A DNA stretch of 64,000 nt, from NCBI GenBank assembly GCA_044892525.1, contig CM097888.1:28024001-28088000 (forward strand), written 5' to 3'. A model generated the notes under the pieces. It was not told the DNA's origin, searched no databases, and saw only the letters and a program-made list of their open reading frames with translations. Position numbers and translations under genes: made by a program. Positions within the stretch are counted from its first letter, which is position 1. Each line of letters opens with the position of its first letter. Below, piece by piece: positions 27,701-40,012 of this stretch. The DNA comes from Schmidtea polychroa. Its lineage: Eukaryota.

Positions 27701-30700
27701 ATTCTTGCCCGGAAGTTCTTATGCATTCCTGCAACCTCAGTGCAATCGGAACGATTATTTTCGGCCACTGGACGTCTGATAACCAAGCTTCGTAACCGGC
27801 TCCTTCCAGATCATGCAGAATCTTTGGTCTTTTTGAATATGAACCAGGACTTGTCTGATATTTAAAAATAAAATCGAATTTAGTACTTACTTTTAAATGT
27901 TTACACTTTGGAATCTTTGTTTTTGATATCTATGGTTTCGATATGTTTATGTTTAATTTTAAAATAAGGCCGCCGCAGCACCGGAAAGTTTTATTTTGAT
28001 TTATACTTTAGTATATACAGGGAAAATTACCGAAGAAATTGAAAACAAATTTACTTATATGCTTTAACTTTTTACATAAACAGTCAGTTCATATTCTCCT
28101 TGTGTGTGGTATAAACTTTGAATAAAACTAATTATACTATACACGTGCGTGAATAGTAATAATGTAAGTAGCTTTGGTTATGCAAAGTGCAAACGATAAT
28201 CGGTTTAAAATCGGATTTATACAAACGATAATCAGATTGCTCGAAAAACCGATATTAACAACCCTACTTTCGACTACTATTTCTGTATTATTTGCTATGG
28301 AAGCAGGAAATTGATATATTGGTCGAGCCATGCATAGAATGTCTAAAAATATATTTATAATGTCATTAATAAAGCTTTTATTGTTATTAATTTAGTATAT
28401 ATTGTCAATAATAGATTTAATATTGTTTATTATCTGGTTAATATTGTCAAAAAATATATTATGTTTGTCAAAANNNNNNNNNNNNNNNNNNNNNNNNNNN
28501 NNNNNNNNNNNNNNNNNNNNNNNNNNNNNNNNNNNNNNNNNNNNNNNNNNNNNNNNNNNNNNNNNNNNNNNNNNNNNNNNNNNNNNNNNNNNNNNNNNNN
28601 NNNNNNNNNNNNNNNNNNNNNNNNNNNNNNNNNNNNNNNNNNNNNNNNNNNNNNNNNNNGACGGAAATTTATTAATTATACGTTATATCCATAATCGGGT
28701 CGCCAGGGAAAACCACATATAAACGCGATATCTTTCTTTTAATCACACCTTTTCTCTCTTAATATTATTTTAGTTTTTTAAGACGTTCTGTATATCATTG
28801 TAGTTATGGAATTGATGTAAAGATGCATCGAAATTTGTTTATTTTCGGGTTTTCTGTGAGCACAGGGCATAAGAGGGAAACTTTGAATTTTTAATAACAC
28901 AACAATAAAAATTTATTTACATATACAGGAATACCTCGCATAGTACGGTTTCGATCAATACGGTTTCTCTATAGTACGGTTTTGAAATTTTGAATTTAAG
29001 TGAATTGCTTTTGTTGATCTTTTTTAAATTAAATTGTTGTGTTTATTTAATTTTATTTACTTGTTTTTCATCAGCTATTTTTAATATTTTTAAAATGAAA
29101 TAAATTCTTTTTTTTGATTTAGTTGCAATGAATTGGTATTGGCGGCTTATAAATTTCAATAAATATATATTTAAATGTACAACTGTGTTAAATATGCTTG
29201 TTTTGCTCTTGAATATCAGAAAAATAAAAATACATAAAAAAATATTTTTTGTTTACTAGATTATAATCACGATTTTTAAATTTCTTAATAGGGGTACTAA
29301 GCCGTAAATTTATTAGTGCCAGAATGCCTCGAATAGTCCGGTTTCAAATAGTACGGCTAAATTCCAGAACCGATTAACCACACTGTTCGAGGTATTCCTG
29401 TACATTTTTTTTACCATGTAGACATCATATATTTATCAAAAAATTCTAAATAATTTTCGCGTTCAGAAGAAACTCCATATAGAAATTTGATAGTCAGATA
29501 CTTTCTTCGAACCAAAAATCGGATGGTTTGTGTTGTTATGTAAATCAGCCTCACTGCACTGTAATTTGGCATTTCATGACTTTTCCATTGACCAACAAAT
29601 CTTAGGCTGATACTACTAGTTTAAAAATCTTGCACCCATGCGTTCGGGATAAATGTCCAATTAAACCATATATTACCGACGTAAACCATACACTCTGAAA
29701 TATGCATATTTTGACGCAATAAACCAGGTGATTGTCTAGAAATATATATTTTGATTTCGAATGACACTAAAATAGCTTTGAACTTATTTTATCTATTACA
29801 TAAAACAAGGTTGTTTAATTTAAAAAATAGTGTAATTAAGTTGTTTAATTTGAATTGAGTCAAGTAATGTACCTGTCTAGAGTTTATCTACAAGCTCGTT
29901 GGATACATATAGAGAATTAAACAATTAAATAGCTTGACTATGCCCTTTACACTTTATTAAAAGTTGAATATTATGCCAAGATCTAAAATCTTACATATTA
30001 CAACTGCATTTATAGTTTGTAGTAGGATATAAATCAATGCTTCTACGCTTCATATAATTTTCTCTTTCGAAACCCTTGAATTATCTACAGAAATAAATAC
30101 AAAAAAGGAACGCCTGAATTTACTTCTTCGGGCTTAAATTCGATATTCCTCTGACGACTATATACATACAAGTAAGTGAAACGTTTTTTGGAAATAATTG
30201 AATGCATAGGAATCTCATGAATCCGTGGTAGTCCATATAATTTAGCTGGATTAACACTTGCAAAGTATTGTACAAAATCTATGTGTGCAATAAATTAAAC
30301 GACGCACATTTTAAAATTTATGACGATTTATTTGCAAAAATATTTCTTTAAATGCCACAAATATTTACTGATTAATTTTTATCGTTTTCTTGCCACTAAA
30401 TATCCAATTTTCTCCAGTGATTTTCGGTGCCATTCGCCAGGAATAATCTGACAACCTACTTATAAGTTATCAGCGATTATTTGCAATTACTTCAGATGCC
30501 GGTTTTTCTTATTCAATTTAAGATATATAAAATAGTTCATTTTCAATTTTTCGCTCCAAATCTTCATTAGCAATTAGCAGGGATATTTTTCTTTTTAGAG
30601 CAAATGCAAAAAATATTTTCAGATGGTTTTATATCAAATTCAAACTCCATTGACTTCCATTAATGTTCTTAACATATTGTTTTTCTATAGTTGCTTTAAC

Positions 30701-33012
30701 ATTAGATTTACGGGTAAAAATAGCCGTAAAAATAAGTATACCTAATTCGATATGCGAAATGAGGGAGTCGGTTGGGTAGAGTAATTAATATTTACCTATA
30801 TTTCATGATGTATCTAAAAACCAACATATGTATTCAAAAAATAATAAATCAGTATTATATAGATGTAGCAATAGAATTTTAAATGAGTGAAATTGGCTCA
30901 CTCAGTAAATCTAGTGTTAAAATTGAAATAAGATTTATAAATATTTTGTTGGCATCTGCGACTTGAAACATAATAATTTTTATTTGAAACCGTTTATGAA
31001 ACTACGTAATTTGTCTTTATGCCGAGGTTCAAGATTTAGCTTATTCAAGAAATTCATGAAATCTGAATCCAAATATTGTTTAATAGTCAGTAATAGTTCG
31101 CGTATAACATAAGTTTATGATATTTCAACTCCATTCTTATATTTTTCTTCACCTTATTATATTCCAGTAATATAATCCTTATAATTAGTATAAATAGCGC
31201 ATAAAATTAGCCCATGATTTTATACAGAAAAATTTAAAAAACTTGCCAGTGGCTGAGGGTTTACCATTCACTGTCAGAAAGATCAAATCTCGTTCTTTTT
31301 TATAAAAACTTTATTAAGATCAGTTTTTTAATTTTATGGCACAGTGATCATAATGTTTATTTAAATACTTGTATCATTACTAACTTTATTGTAGATTACA
31401 TCATACAAAAAACAATTTGAGTGAATTATGGCGTCCACTCGTACTGATTGTGGGATTTATATTATCGGTCCTAGTGTCATTCAGTCGGTAATTTAGTGCC
31501 GGTTGGTATTATCTATATCTAACATATGCCTATTTTAGAGTATATCTTTATTATCATTTTACCAGTCAAGTAGTCACTGGAGCTATGATAGGAACAATAA
31601 TAGCTTGTCTGTATTTTTTTGTTGTTGAAAGATATTTTATTACACTATTTCCAATAATATCTTCATCGTAAGTTTTTAATTTGTATGATTCATATTTTTA
31701 TCATTAAATAAAATAATTAATTATCTATATTAACCAATTATTTAGCAGCTTCTCCCTATATAATTTTCTTAGCATTTAATTAAAAGTGTCTTTCATATAT
31801 TTAACAAATAATTTTAATATTTCATTTATTTTCAATATTTCATTTATAGATAAAAAATTTATTTTTATTTAATTTCATTTTTAATCAATAGTCATAATGA
31901 AAATAAATGAAATATCAAAGGAAAACAGATTAATAGTGAACACTACTAACAAATAATATTAGCGGAATTCAATTGAAAATAACACATTTCCCACCGTGAA
32001 TGTGGAATACAAAAACATGCAATATTTCGTTTTAGCACAATAAGTAAGCGTCTAAATGTCATCAGAGAAAACATATGGTTATTTTATTTCGTAGATAGTT
32101 AAAAGTATCAATTTTTAATATTGTTTTCCCTATACACGTATTTTGCCATTCTAATAAAGGAATTACTGCTCTGTACATGTAAAAGTGGATATCAGTGAAG
32201 AGCTTGTTTTTTCTTCATTCAACTGGCCACACTAGTGTCTTAAGGATTTTTGAAATAAAATGATGAGTTTGAGAGACCCGTCTTGAATTAGAGTAAGAGT
32301 GTCGGAATATGCACAAATGGTACTGAAAACATAACTGGGGTTTAAAAATAATAATGGTTGCCCATCTCGACATTTTGTACACTCATTATTTAATTCATCT
32401 GGCACATTACCTTAATTTAATCAAGTGTGCAATGAGGCTGTAAAGATCGCAAATAATTGGATTCTTAACTCTCAAATGTTTAAAGTTATGTCATTCAATT
32501 TGAACTTTGTTTCATCACTCAAGATATTTAAAACTGAAAAAATATCGATTTTTTTCCTTACAGATCATTTGGACTATTCTCTATTTTATTTTCCTCTATT
32601 TTATTTTCCTCTATTTTATTTTCCCTCTATTTTATTTTCCCTCTATTTTATTTTTCCTCTATTTTATTTTCCCTCTATTTTATTTTTCCTCTATTTTATT
32701 TTTCCAATAAACTTTCTTAAATTTGTCCATGTGTTGTCTTTGGATTCTAGTATTTACCCGATCGAGAACACGAAATATAAATTAAATTTTCAATAATTTA
32801 TTTCGATATAATTGCAGAATAATTGGTGAATTTTTCATGTTGCGAGATACGACAATGATTCCAAATATTTTGTATTTTGAATACATAACCACAAGAAATG
32901 AGGCCAAGTAAGACTTAATCATAAATTATATTATTTTAATGGTTAATATATAATTAATATATAATTTATTAGATGGAGGCAAAGATCTCAGAAACATAAA
33001 AAGTCCATGTAA
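21770..33012 (+). CDS. DOLPP1: Dolichyldiphosphatase 1 (PAP2 family); exons 21770-21818, 21862-21962, 22006-22093, 22141-22234, 31395-31487, 31539-31667, 32818-32907, 32973-33012
   Basis: WKAVTFFHVEYQSGD, K..HARP, YGMPSDHSQ, SFSRVYLYYH..SQV, EFFMLRDTTMIPNILYFEY. All introns are GT-AG and join in frame. Confidence 0.93.
23687..28473 (-). mobile_element. Tc1-like (IS630-Tc1-mariner, DD34E) transposon with long TIRs, split by a hAT insertion
   Basis: FIDEVGFN / MDNVKFH / YSPFLNPIE with 34 residues between D and E. TA|CAGGG left end; GACAAACATAA..ATTTTTTGA inverted repeat at ~23708 and ~28445-28470. Right end lies in the gap. Removing the hAT and one TSD restores a 371-aa ORF (28331-28267 + 24929-23879). 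Confidence 0.9.
24938..28266 (+). mobile_element. hAT transposon (ZBED1-like BED-finger transposase, 26077-27865, one stop and one frameshift)
   Basis: 12-bp TIR TAGGGTTGTTAA, 8-bp TSD CTTTCGAC, BED finger (WDNF..CKLC..HLRSKH), TTDIWSS, CAAHKLQL, TRWNS, PATSVQSERLFS. Confidence 0.95.
28926..29400. mobile_element. Tigger/pogo-type MITE
   Basis: 13-bp TIR CAGGAATACCTCG flanked by TA on both sides; no ORF. Confidence 0.85.
29950..30700 (-). mobile_element. Possible highly decayed Penelope-like retroelement fragment
   Basis: Minus-strand PAKLYGLPRIHE-IPMHSIIS (~30190-30255) resembles the PLE RT motif LYGLPKIHK..PLRPIVS; the remainder is heavily degraded. Confidence 0.35.
32578..32705 (+). repeat. 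15-17-bp tandem repeat (CTCTATTTTATTTTC) in a DOLPP1 intron
   Basis: About 8 units seen directly. Confidence 0.85.
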
Positions 33013-33466
33013 TAATGAAATATGTATTTCTGTACTTATTTTGTTTTATGTTAGTTGTCCTTGACAACTGGCATTATTTGCAATATATTTTTAAAAATTC
33101 GTTTTTATTTGTTATGAATTTTTTCGGAATTTAGATATAATTTGAATTGAAATATTTTATTCATTAATAATCGAAAAACAATTGTTGGAAATAGATAGAT
33201 CAATAAAATTCTTAACGATGACGACATTTTGATTATGACATTTACCAAATGTAAGTCAGCTAATAACACAACTCTAATAGAAATTAATTAACACGTTGAC
33301 TATGGGTAGAAAGTATGTACATTTGCATCGTACCCCAAGTTATTATTATTTAGCTTTGTTTTTTTACCATATCAAAAATTACGAGGGATAGAGAATTTCA
33401 TTAATGCCATTTGACAGTGAATGGAGGGGATATTGAAGTGGAATTCAGAAATTTACGTGACAGTAA

Positions 33467-35150
33467 TGTTGGGGCTTAGACGGTGTCTGCTTTAAATGTT
33501 CTAGGGTTTCTTATGGATTTGGCATCGACTCATCCCTAAACGCCTTCATGATTATTCCACTTATCATCTGTATGCCCATGACAAAGACCATATTGGTAAT
33601 GTACATTGGCTGAAAATCAATGATCAACTCATCACGCTAGTCACACATACACATCATTTTCATCAATTCAGTCACGCACGCATCCTTCTTAGGGCAAATT
33701 TTCAGTGAACATTCCTAATTATTTATTCGACCACAACTCGTGATTCAAGTTCATGCGGGTTAATTTCCAATTTTTGAGCAGCATTGGCCAGTCGAAGTCT
33801 CTTCAACTTTTCCCGCATGTCGCGTCCCACCCTTTTACGTAAAGGCTGCTAGGTTGAGCCGGTGGGTAAATTTCGGCCAGCTCGGTTGGCAGAGGCCGGA
33901 TCCGCTCAATCATCTATCGATCGATGACCCGTTGGTTGAGATGGGTCTCCTGAGTACATACCTGGATCTTTAGGACGCGAATCTCCGTCTAATCCTGGGC
34001 TGCTTGGAGTTGGAGTTGTTTTATGAGCATCAATCGTTTTTTCATTTCGATGGGGCTGAACCCAGGTTCTCTCAAGCTATTGACATCACCCCTTGAACTT
34101 GGAGATTCGGGCCTTGAATACTTCCACTTGTTGCTGGGCTTGCTCTCGGTCTTTCCGTAAATTCACTAGGAGTTTGAACACTAAAAAACAAAGGGGTAAA
34201 CGAACTGGCCACGAAATTTAATCAGTTTCTACATTTTGGTTAAATATTTATTCCAATCGTACTGACATCCCAACATTTGTCATGAAGTGATTTCCAATCT
34301 AACCGACGGCCAAATGCCACCTATACCAAACCAAGCACAAGATCCCAAATCTTTAATATATTACAATCAATATGAATAGAACTATTTACCCTTAACATCG
34401 TAACTCTGATATAATGCCGTTAAATTATCATACACAATTGCAATTATCAAGATTCACAATTAATGAAAAAATATAAAAAACAGCACATATACATACGAGC
34501 ACATATACACCGATGCCCAGAAAGAACCTACAGGGTACTAAGATCAAAGCTATAAATATGTCCGTCGTATTTGATAGGGGTTGTAATCCAATTCTAGTTA
34601 ACACTCGTCTTAATTGGCGGCCTTCCTCGTTTCCGAGGGGTCGGCTCCTTTTCGGCCTCTATTGATATGTCCGCTGCGACGGCACAAATCTGAGCTTTGA
34701 TTCGTTGGAGTTTGCGTTTAGCCTCGGCAACCTCTATCTCAGCCTTTGCGCGGGCTGTTGTATGGTTCCTGTATGACCCTAACCGGAGCTCAAGGTTCTG
34801 GTCCGGTTCGGATGACTGGACCAAGATCCTCCAGTCCACATCTCATTAAATCATGGATATGATACCAAATCCATCTGGTTCTGAGTCTCGTGATGGATTC
34901 AGCTTGTCGTTCCTCTTAGTCGTGATTGCTCTGTTGGGGCATTTCTAAATTTTATGGTTAAAGTTCAATTTGCTAAAAATGTTCGTTTACAAAATTATTA
35001 GCTTTCCGGTTCCCTGGTCTGTCAAACTTATGCCTAGCTTTTAATTTACCAACAACTCCTTCCTAAACGCCTTCATGACTATTTTCTTTATGCCATCTGT
35101 GTACCCATGACGACGACCATGTTGGTACTGTACATAATAGTTGAAAAACA
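33467..35150 (-). mobile_element. Cluster of LTR-like fragments with small decayed ORFs
   Basis: TGTTGGGGC starts at 33467 and 34932 are followed by homologous CCTAAACGCCTTCATGA..CCCATGAC..ACCAT(A/G)TTGGTA; CCCAACA end at 34275. No TSD found. Confidence 0.45.
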
Positions 35151-35520
35151 ATAAGCAGGTGAGCTCTATTGCTAAAACTACACATTATATTTTCGTTTCG
35201 GGTTTTGGAGCCCTTGGATTTCCACTGCGTGTATATTGTAAGTTGTCAGAATGCTTTTACGTATTGATCAAATTTGAAAATTTATCCTTGAATTTACGAT
35301 AGATACCTATTTCTCCCGCTAGAAGATATGGAGTCAACTCACCGGGTGTGAGGCGTTTTGTAATTTGTATTTAAATAATGGTATGATGTTGTGCATGTTT
35401 GATTGTATGTTGAAATCCTTACTTATACATTAATTATTATTTTTAGAAACTCCTCAAACAAATTAACGTTATAATTTGTTTTAATAATATTTGTGTTTTT
35501 ATAATAAACGTGTTTTTGTT

Positions 35521-38500
35521 ATGGATTCTATTAATACCCGTAGCTCTGTGGCTAATATGGCGACCACGATTGTAAATTTTATCAAGCCACCAGAAACATA
35601 TGACATGGATTCAGACGTGGAAGATTTTATCTTAGAAACGGAACGATTCTTCGAGATGACAAATATTGTCGATGAATACAGAAGCAAATTCGTCAAAGCT
35701 TTTCTATCAATCAATTCAACGAAGAAATATGAGTTGACTAATGAAACTCTGCATTATACAGAAAGATTAAGAAACGCTTTTGCTAAGAACAAAAGTCTTA
35801 TCGATGATCTCAACGAAGCGCTAAATTATCGTCAAGGAAATGAGGCTGCCGAAGAATTCTGCTCAAAAATTGAGAAACTTGCAAAAAATATTTTGAAGCA
35901 TAAACTTGATGAAGAAGAACTAAAGAAATTTTTGCTATTCAATTCGCTTGAAGATAAAGAAGTTAAAAAAGATCTCAAAATGCAAGATTTAAAATCATTT
36001 GATGAAATGAAAGAAAGATTAAAGAGACACGATCAAGTTTCAAAAGAAATTAATGTATTTCATGCTGATGTAGCTTCAATGAATAAAACACAACGCTATG
36101 CTGATGCTGTTAAGAAGAGCTTACCAAGATATAGTTATGATAACAGATCAATTCGAGAACGAGAAGCTAATCCCAGATTCAAAGATGAATATACAAGAGA
36201 ACCTCAACATAATACAAGATTCAAAGGCGATCTTACCAGAGAACATCGATATGCTATTTCAAATGGATGGAAACCTATGAATAGAAGTAAGCCTTATAAT
36301 ACCAGGGAATTTCATTCGCGAGATCATGTCCGAACAAATCAAATTTTGCGATGTTGGGCGTGCCACGAAGAAGGTCATAGAAGATCTGAATGCCCCAATA
36401 TTCAATGTGCCCATTGTAAAAGATCTGGACATTTCAAACATCAGTGCCATGAGTTATTTCCAGGCAGACGTCGAAAATTCCATAAATCAGTGGCTGCATT
36501 CGGTGACGAGGATCCAGAGGCTGATTTTGAGTACCCAAATGGGAATGCTCCACCACACGAGGAGGTGATCGGAGCAATAAATTAAAGGTAATTAATGATA
36601 TGAGTAAGGGTTGTATGATTTTGAATGATTGTGATAGTTTGAATGATTGTGATAATTTGAATGATTGTGATAGTTTGAATGATAACTGTTGTGATGGTGT
36701 TTTTGATTATAGAAATTATATTAATAACATTAATAAATTTTGTATGGATGAAGTTTTTAAAGATCCACCCCTAACCTCTAATGAAATAAATGTTCTTAAT
36801 CGTGATAAACGGAATGATATAATAGTATACGATAAAATGCAGGGAAGGCCCAGTGTTACCGTGATGATTAATAATGTAAAATTAGTATGCCTATTAGATA
36901 CTTGAGCTAAAATAAGTGTGATTGATTATAATATTTTTAAAAAACTTGGAAATTTGAATATGACTACAAGTAATTTAAAATTAAGATGTGCGAATGATAG
37001 CCCGATTGAAATTTGCGGTAAAACTTTATTAAATGTAAAAGTTGATAAAATTTCTGATATTAAAAAAGTAGAATTCGTTGTAGCCAAAGATATAAACCCA
37101 AAGTTAATAGGAGGTATAGATTTTCTCGAAAGATTTGGAATGCAATTGGAAATAGAAAACCGTACAGACGAAATAAATACAATTATGGAAAATTCATTTA
37201 AGAACCACATAAGTGAAGATAAGATTATAAATAATTTAATTTCCACGTTTGACGGTATTTTTATGAAACATAAATGGGATGTCGGAAAAACCGATCTATT
37301 AAAGCATGAAATACTTACTAAAGGTAGTCCGATTGTAATAAACCCAAGACGACAACCTATACATTTAATAGAAAAAATTGAAGAAAATATTCAAGAAATG
37401 TTGAAATATGGCATTATATCAGAATGTACATCTCCTTGGAATTCTCCATTAGTATGTGTTAAAAAGAAAGACAGAAGTGATATAAGAATATGCTTGGACT
37501 ACCGTGCTTTAAATAATATAACCGAAAGACCGATTTTTCCCATTCCAAATACTGATGAATTATTAGATATTCTTGACGGAGCAAAGTTTTCTCGACAATT
37601 GATTTAGGCAATGCTTATTATCAAGTAGAACTCGATGATGCATCAAAATTGAAAACAGCATTTTCGACAAAAAGCAAGCAATATTACTTTAACAGAATGC
37701 CATTTGGAATAGCAGCCGCACCAGCAACATTTCAAAGACTTATGAATTTGGTTCTTGGAGAATTAAATTGGAATGGAACAATTGTATATCTCGATATTAT
37801 TATCTGTATTATCTGTATATCTGGATGATATCCTTATATTTTCAAAGACATTGAATGAACATTATAGTACCATTGAAAAAGTTTTCAAAAGATTAAATTA
37901 GCAAATCTTAAAATAAGTCCAGCAAAATGTCAATTCAAAAGGAAAGAAGTAAAATTTTTGGGTCATATCATTGGTGAAGATGGAATACGTACGGATGAAA
38001 GCAAGATTGAAACTATTAAAAATTTTGAAAGACCTAAATGCGTAAAAAGTTTGAGAGGATTTTTAGGCTTGGCAAATTACTATCGCAGATTTATAGAAAA
38101 TTACACCAAAGATTCCAAAGTATTAGAAGCGTTAACAAAAGAAGCTTATGTGGACTGATGAGTGTGAAACTTCATTTCAAAATTTAAAACTGAAATTGAC
38201 GTCTACACCTGTATTGAAGTTCCCAGATTTTTCTAAGCCATTCATTTTGGATACAGATGCAAGTTTTGACCGCATTGGTGCTGTTCTGTCTCAAAAAGAT
38301 GGAAGTAAAGAAAGAGTAATCGCATATGGATCCCGAGCTATGAATAAACACGAGTTGGGTTATTTTATAACAAGAAAGGAATTACTATCTATATTTTATT
38401 TTACTGGTCATTTTAAGCATTATCTATATGGTAAAAAGTTTATTTTGAGGACGGATCACAAAGCAATTACATTTATGATGAAGACAAAGAAAGCTATTAC

Positions 38501-38711
38501 CCCACAATTTCAAACTTGGATTAACCATCTTAGTGGTCTGGACATGGAGATTCAATACAGAAAAGGTGATAACCACAATAATGCCGACGCTTTATCTAGA
38601 AAAGAATGTGAAACATGTGTTCAATGTCAAATGATTCATGAAAATCCTAAAATGGGTAAATTAAAAACAAGATTGTTGACACTGATGACTGATAATATTG
38701 AAAATATATGG
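35521..38711 (+). mobile_element. Degenerate Ty3/Gypsy element (gag 35521-36585; pol with stops and frameshifts), truncated at 38711 by the giant element's LTR
   Basis: Two CCHC knuckles (CWACHEEGHRRSEC, CAHCKRSGHFKHQC); protease DTG mutated to DT*; ICLDYRALN, MPFG, YLDD; RNase H LDTDAS/TDHKA/NADALSR. Integrase absent. Confidence 0.92.
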
Positions 38712-39250
38712 TGTTGGCGTATGTGGAGAAGAAAAAAAATTATACATGCCTTTCCATCACACCTATCAAGCATCCTGGCTCCGTTATACATTTTCTACAC
38801 ATACTCCAAATGATTGATTGCATATTCCCACATATGAGCCCATGGTGATGTTCCATGTTGGTGCTGCTCACACGGGTCGGAAAAGGTTAGCAGGTGAGCC
38901 CCTGCCTTAGGACTACTCCTAACCCTTTCTCAGTTCGGGTCCCACGGTGCCTTAGAAGGACTTACCCATATACATGCGTGTCACTCGGTCTGATCCTGGT
39001 CCAAAGGAACAACCTTCAACCTTAATTATCTCCATTCCGCAGCATTATCTCATCTACTCTAATTGCGCAAACAAATATATGAAAGCTCGACAAAACTAAA
39101 ATCAAACAGAAAATTTTATTGACACTGAAACGATAAAAATATCATTACTACTAACAGATCAACAACAGTCAAAAAGATATAACATTAGCAACATTCACGA
39201 GATAATTTACAACTCAATGAAGAGGAAATCAAGCTCAATTTTACATCACA

Positions 39251-40012
39251 TTAAACAAAGTTATCCCCATCGGCCAGTATCTCATCTATGTCGACCGGTA
39301 ATCGGCTATCTACAATGTATTTGATGCCCTCAGCTGGAACAATGCGGAAGACTTCCTTTGAGGGGATTGAATGGGAGGACGTTATCTCTTGGATTTTTGA
39401 TTTCGCCGCCGATAAGGACGTCTCGAGTGCTGTCATCGCATCTCGGCGTTTTTGGTTCTTCTCGGCTCGAGTTGGCCGTTTCCGTTTGCGGGTAGTCGGG
39501 GGTTTTTCGGTGTTCGTGGTACCGATTGGTGCTACCAAGATTGGAGCTACGATGGGATCAGTAGGTCCACCTATCTTTGGCTGGTGACATGACAACACCG
39601 GGGGTGGAATGGGCGGCAGTTGTGAGCCGTGCCCCTGGCAGTGCGAGCCGGAAGATGTAGGAGACGGGTGGTGACGAGGAAAGACATTCGTCCCATCCAG
39701 AACGGGGAATTCTCGCACCCGCTTAGCCAATTCTGCCTCCGTATATACCTTATGGAGGGCTTCTGACTGTGCTTTGATGGTGAGCCGCTGACAACGGCTT
39801 TCCTCTAGCAGGCTGTCCCTGCAATGCTCTAATCGGAGAATTTTCTTGCGTTCCTCTTTCATTTGTGGCGGGGAGAACCACGTTCCTTCATAGAGATCAA
39901 TTCTCTTTTTGAGAGCCCCGATATATAAGTGGAGTTGGGCGATATCCGCGTTCTTGTCCGCACAAGAAAAACACGGGCGAAGTTCTTTGGCGTTGTTGGA
40001 CGATGTAGCCAT
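39251..40012 (-). CDS. LTR-encoded 253-aa protein of unknown function (CxxC, coiled coil, Pro-rich linker, basic region)
   Basis: Intact ORF; nearly identical protein in the solo LTR despite many synonymous changes. Confidence 0.8.
   Translation of the reverse strand: MATSSNNAKELRPCFSCADKNADIAQLHLYIGALKKRIDLYEGTWFSPPQMKEERKKILRLEHCRDSLLEESRCQRLTIKAQSEALHKVYTEAELAKRVREFPVLDGTNVFPRHHPSPTSSGSHCQGHGSQLPPIPPPVLSCHQPKIGGPTDPIVAPILVAPIGTTNTEKPPTTRKRKRPTRAEKNQKRRDAMTALETSLSAAKSKIQEITSSHSIPSKEVFRIVPAEGIKYIVDSRLPVDIDEILADGDNFV

Noticed and set aside
39380-39500. bZIP (HTLV HBZ-like) assignment for the LTR ORF
   Set aside because: A basic region and short heptads are present, but the N-x7-R/K-x9-L spacing is not met.
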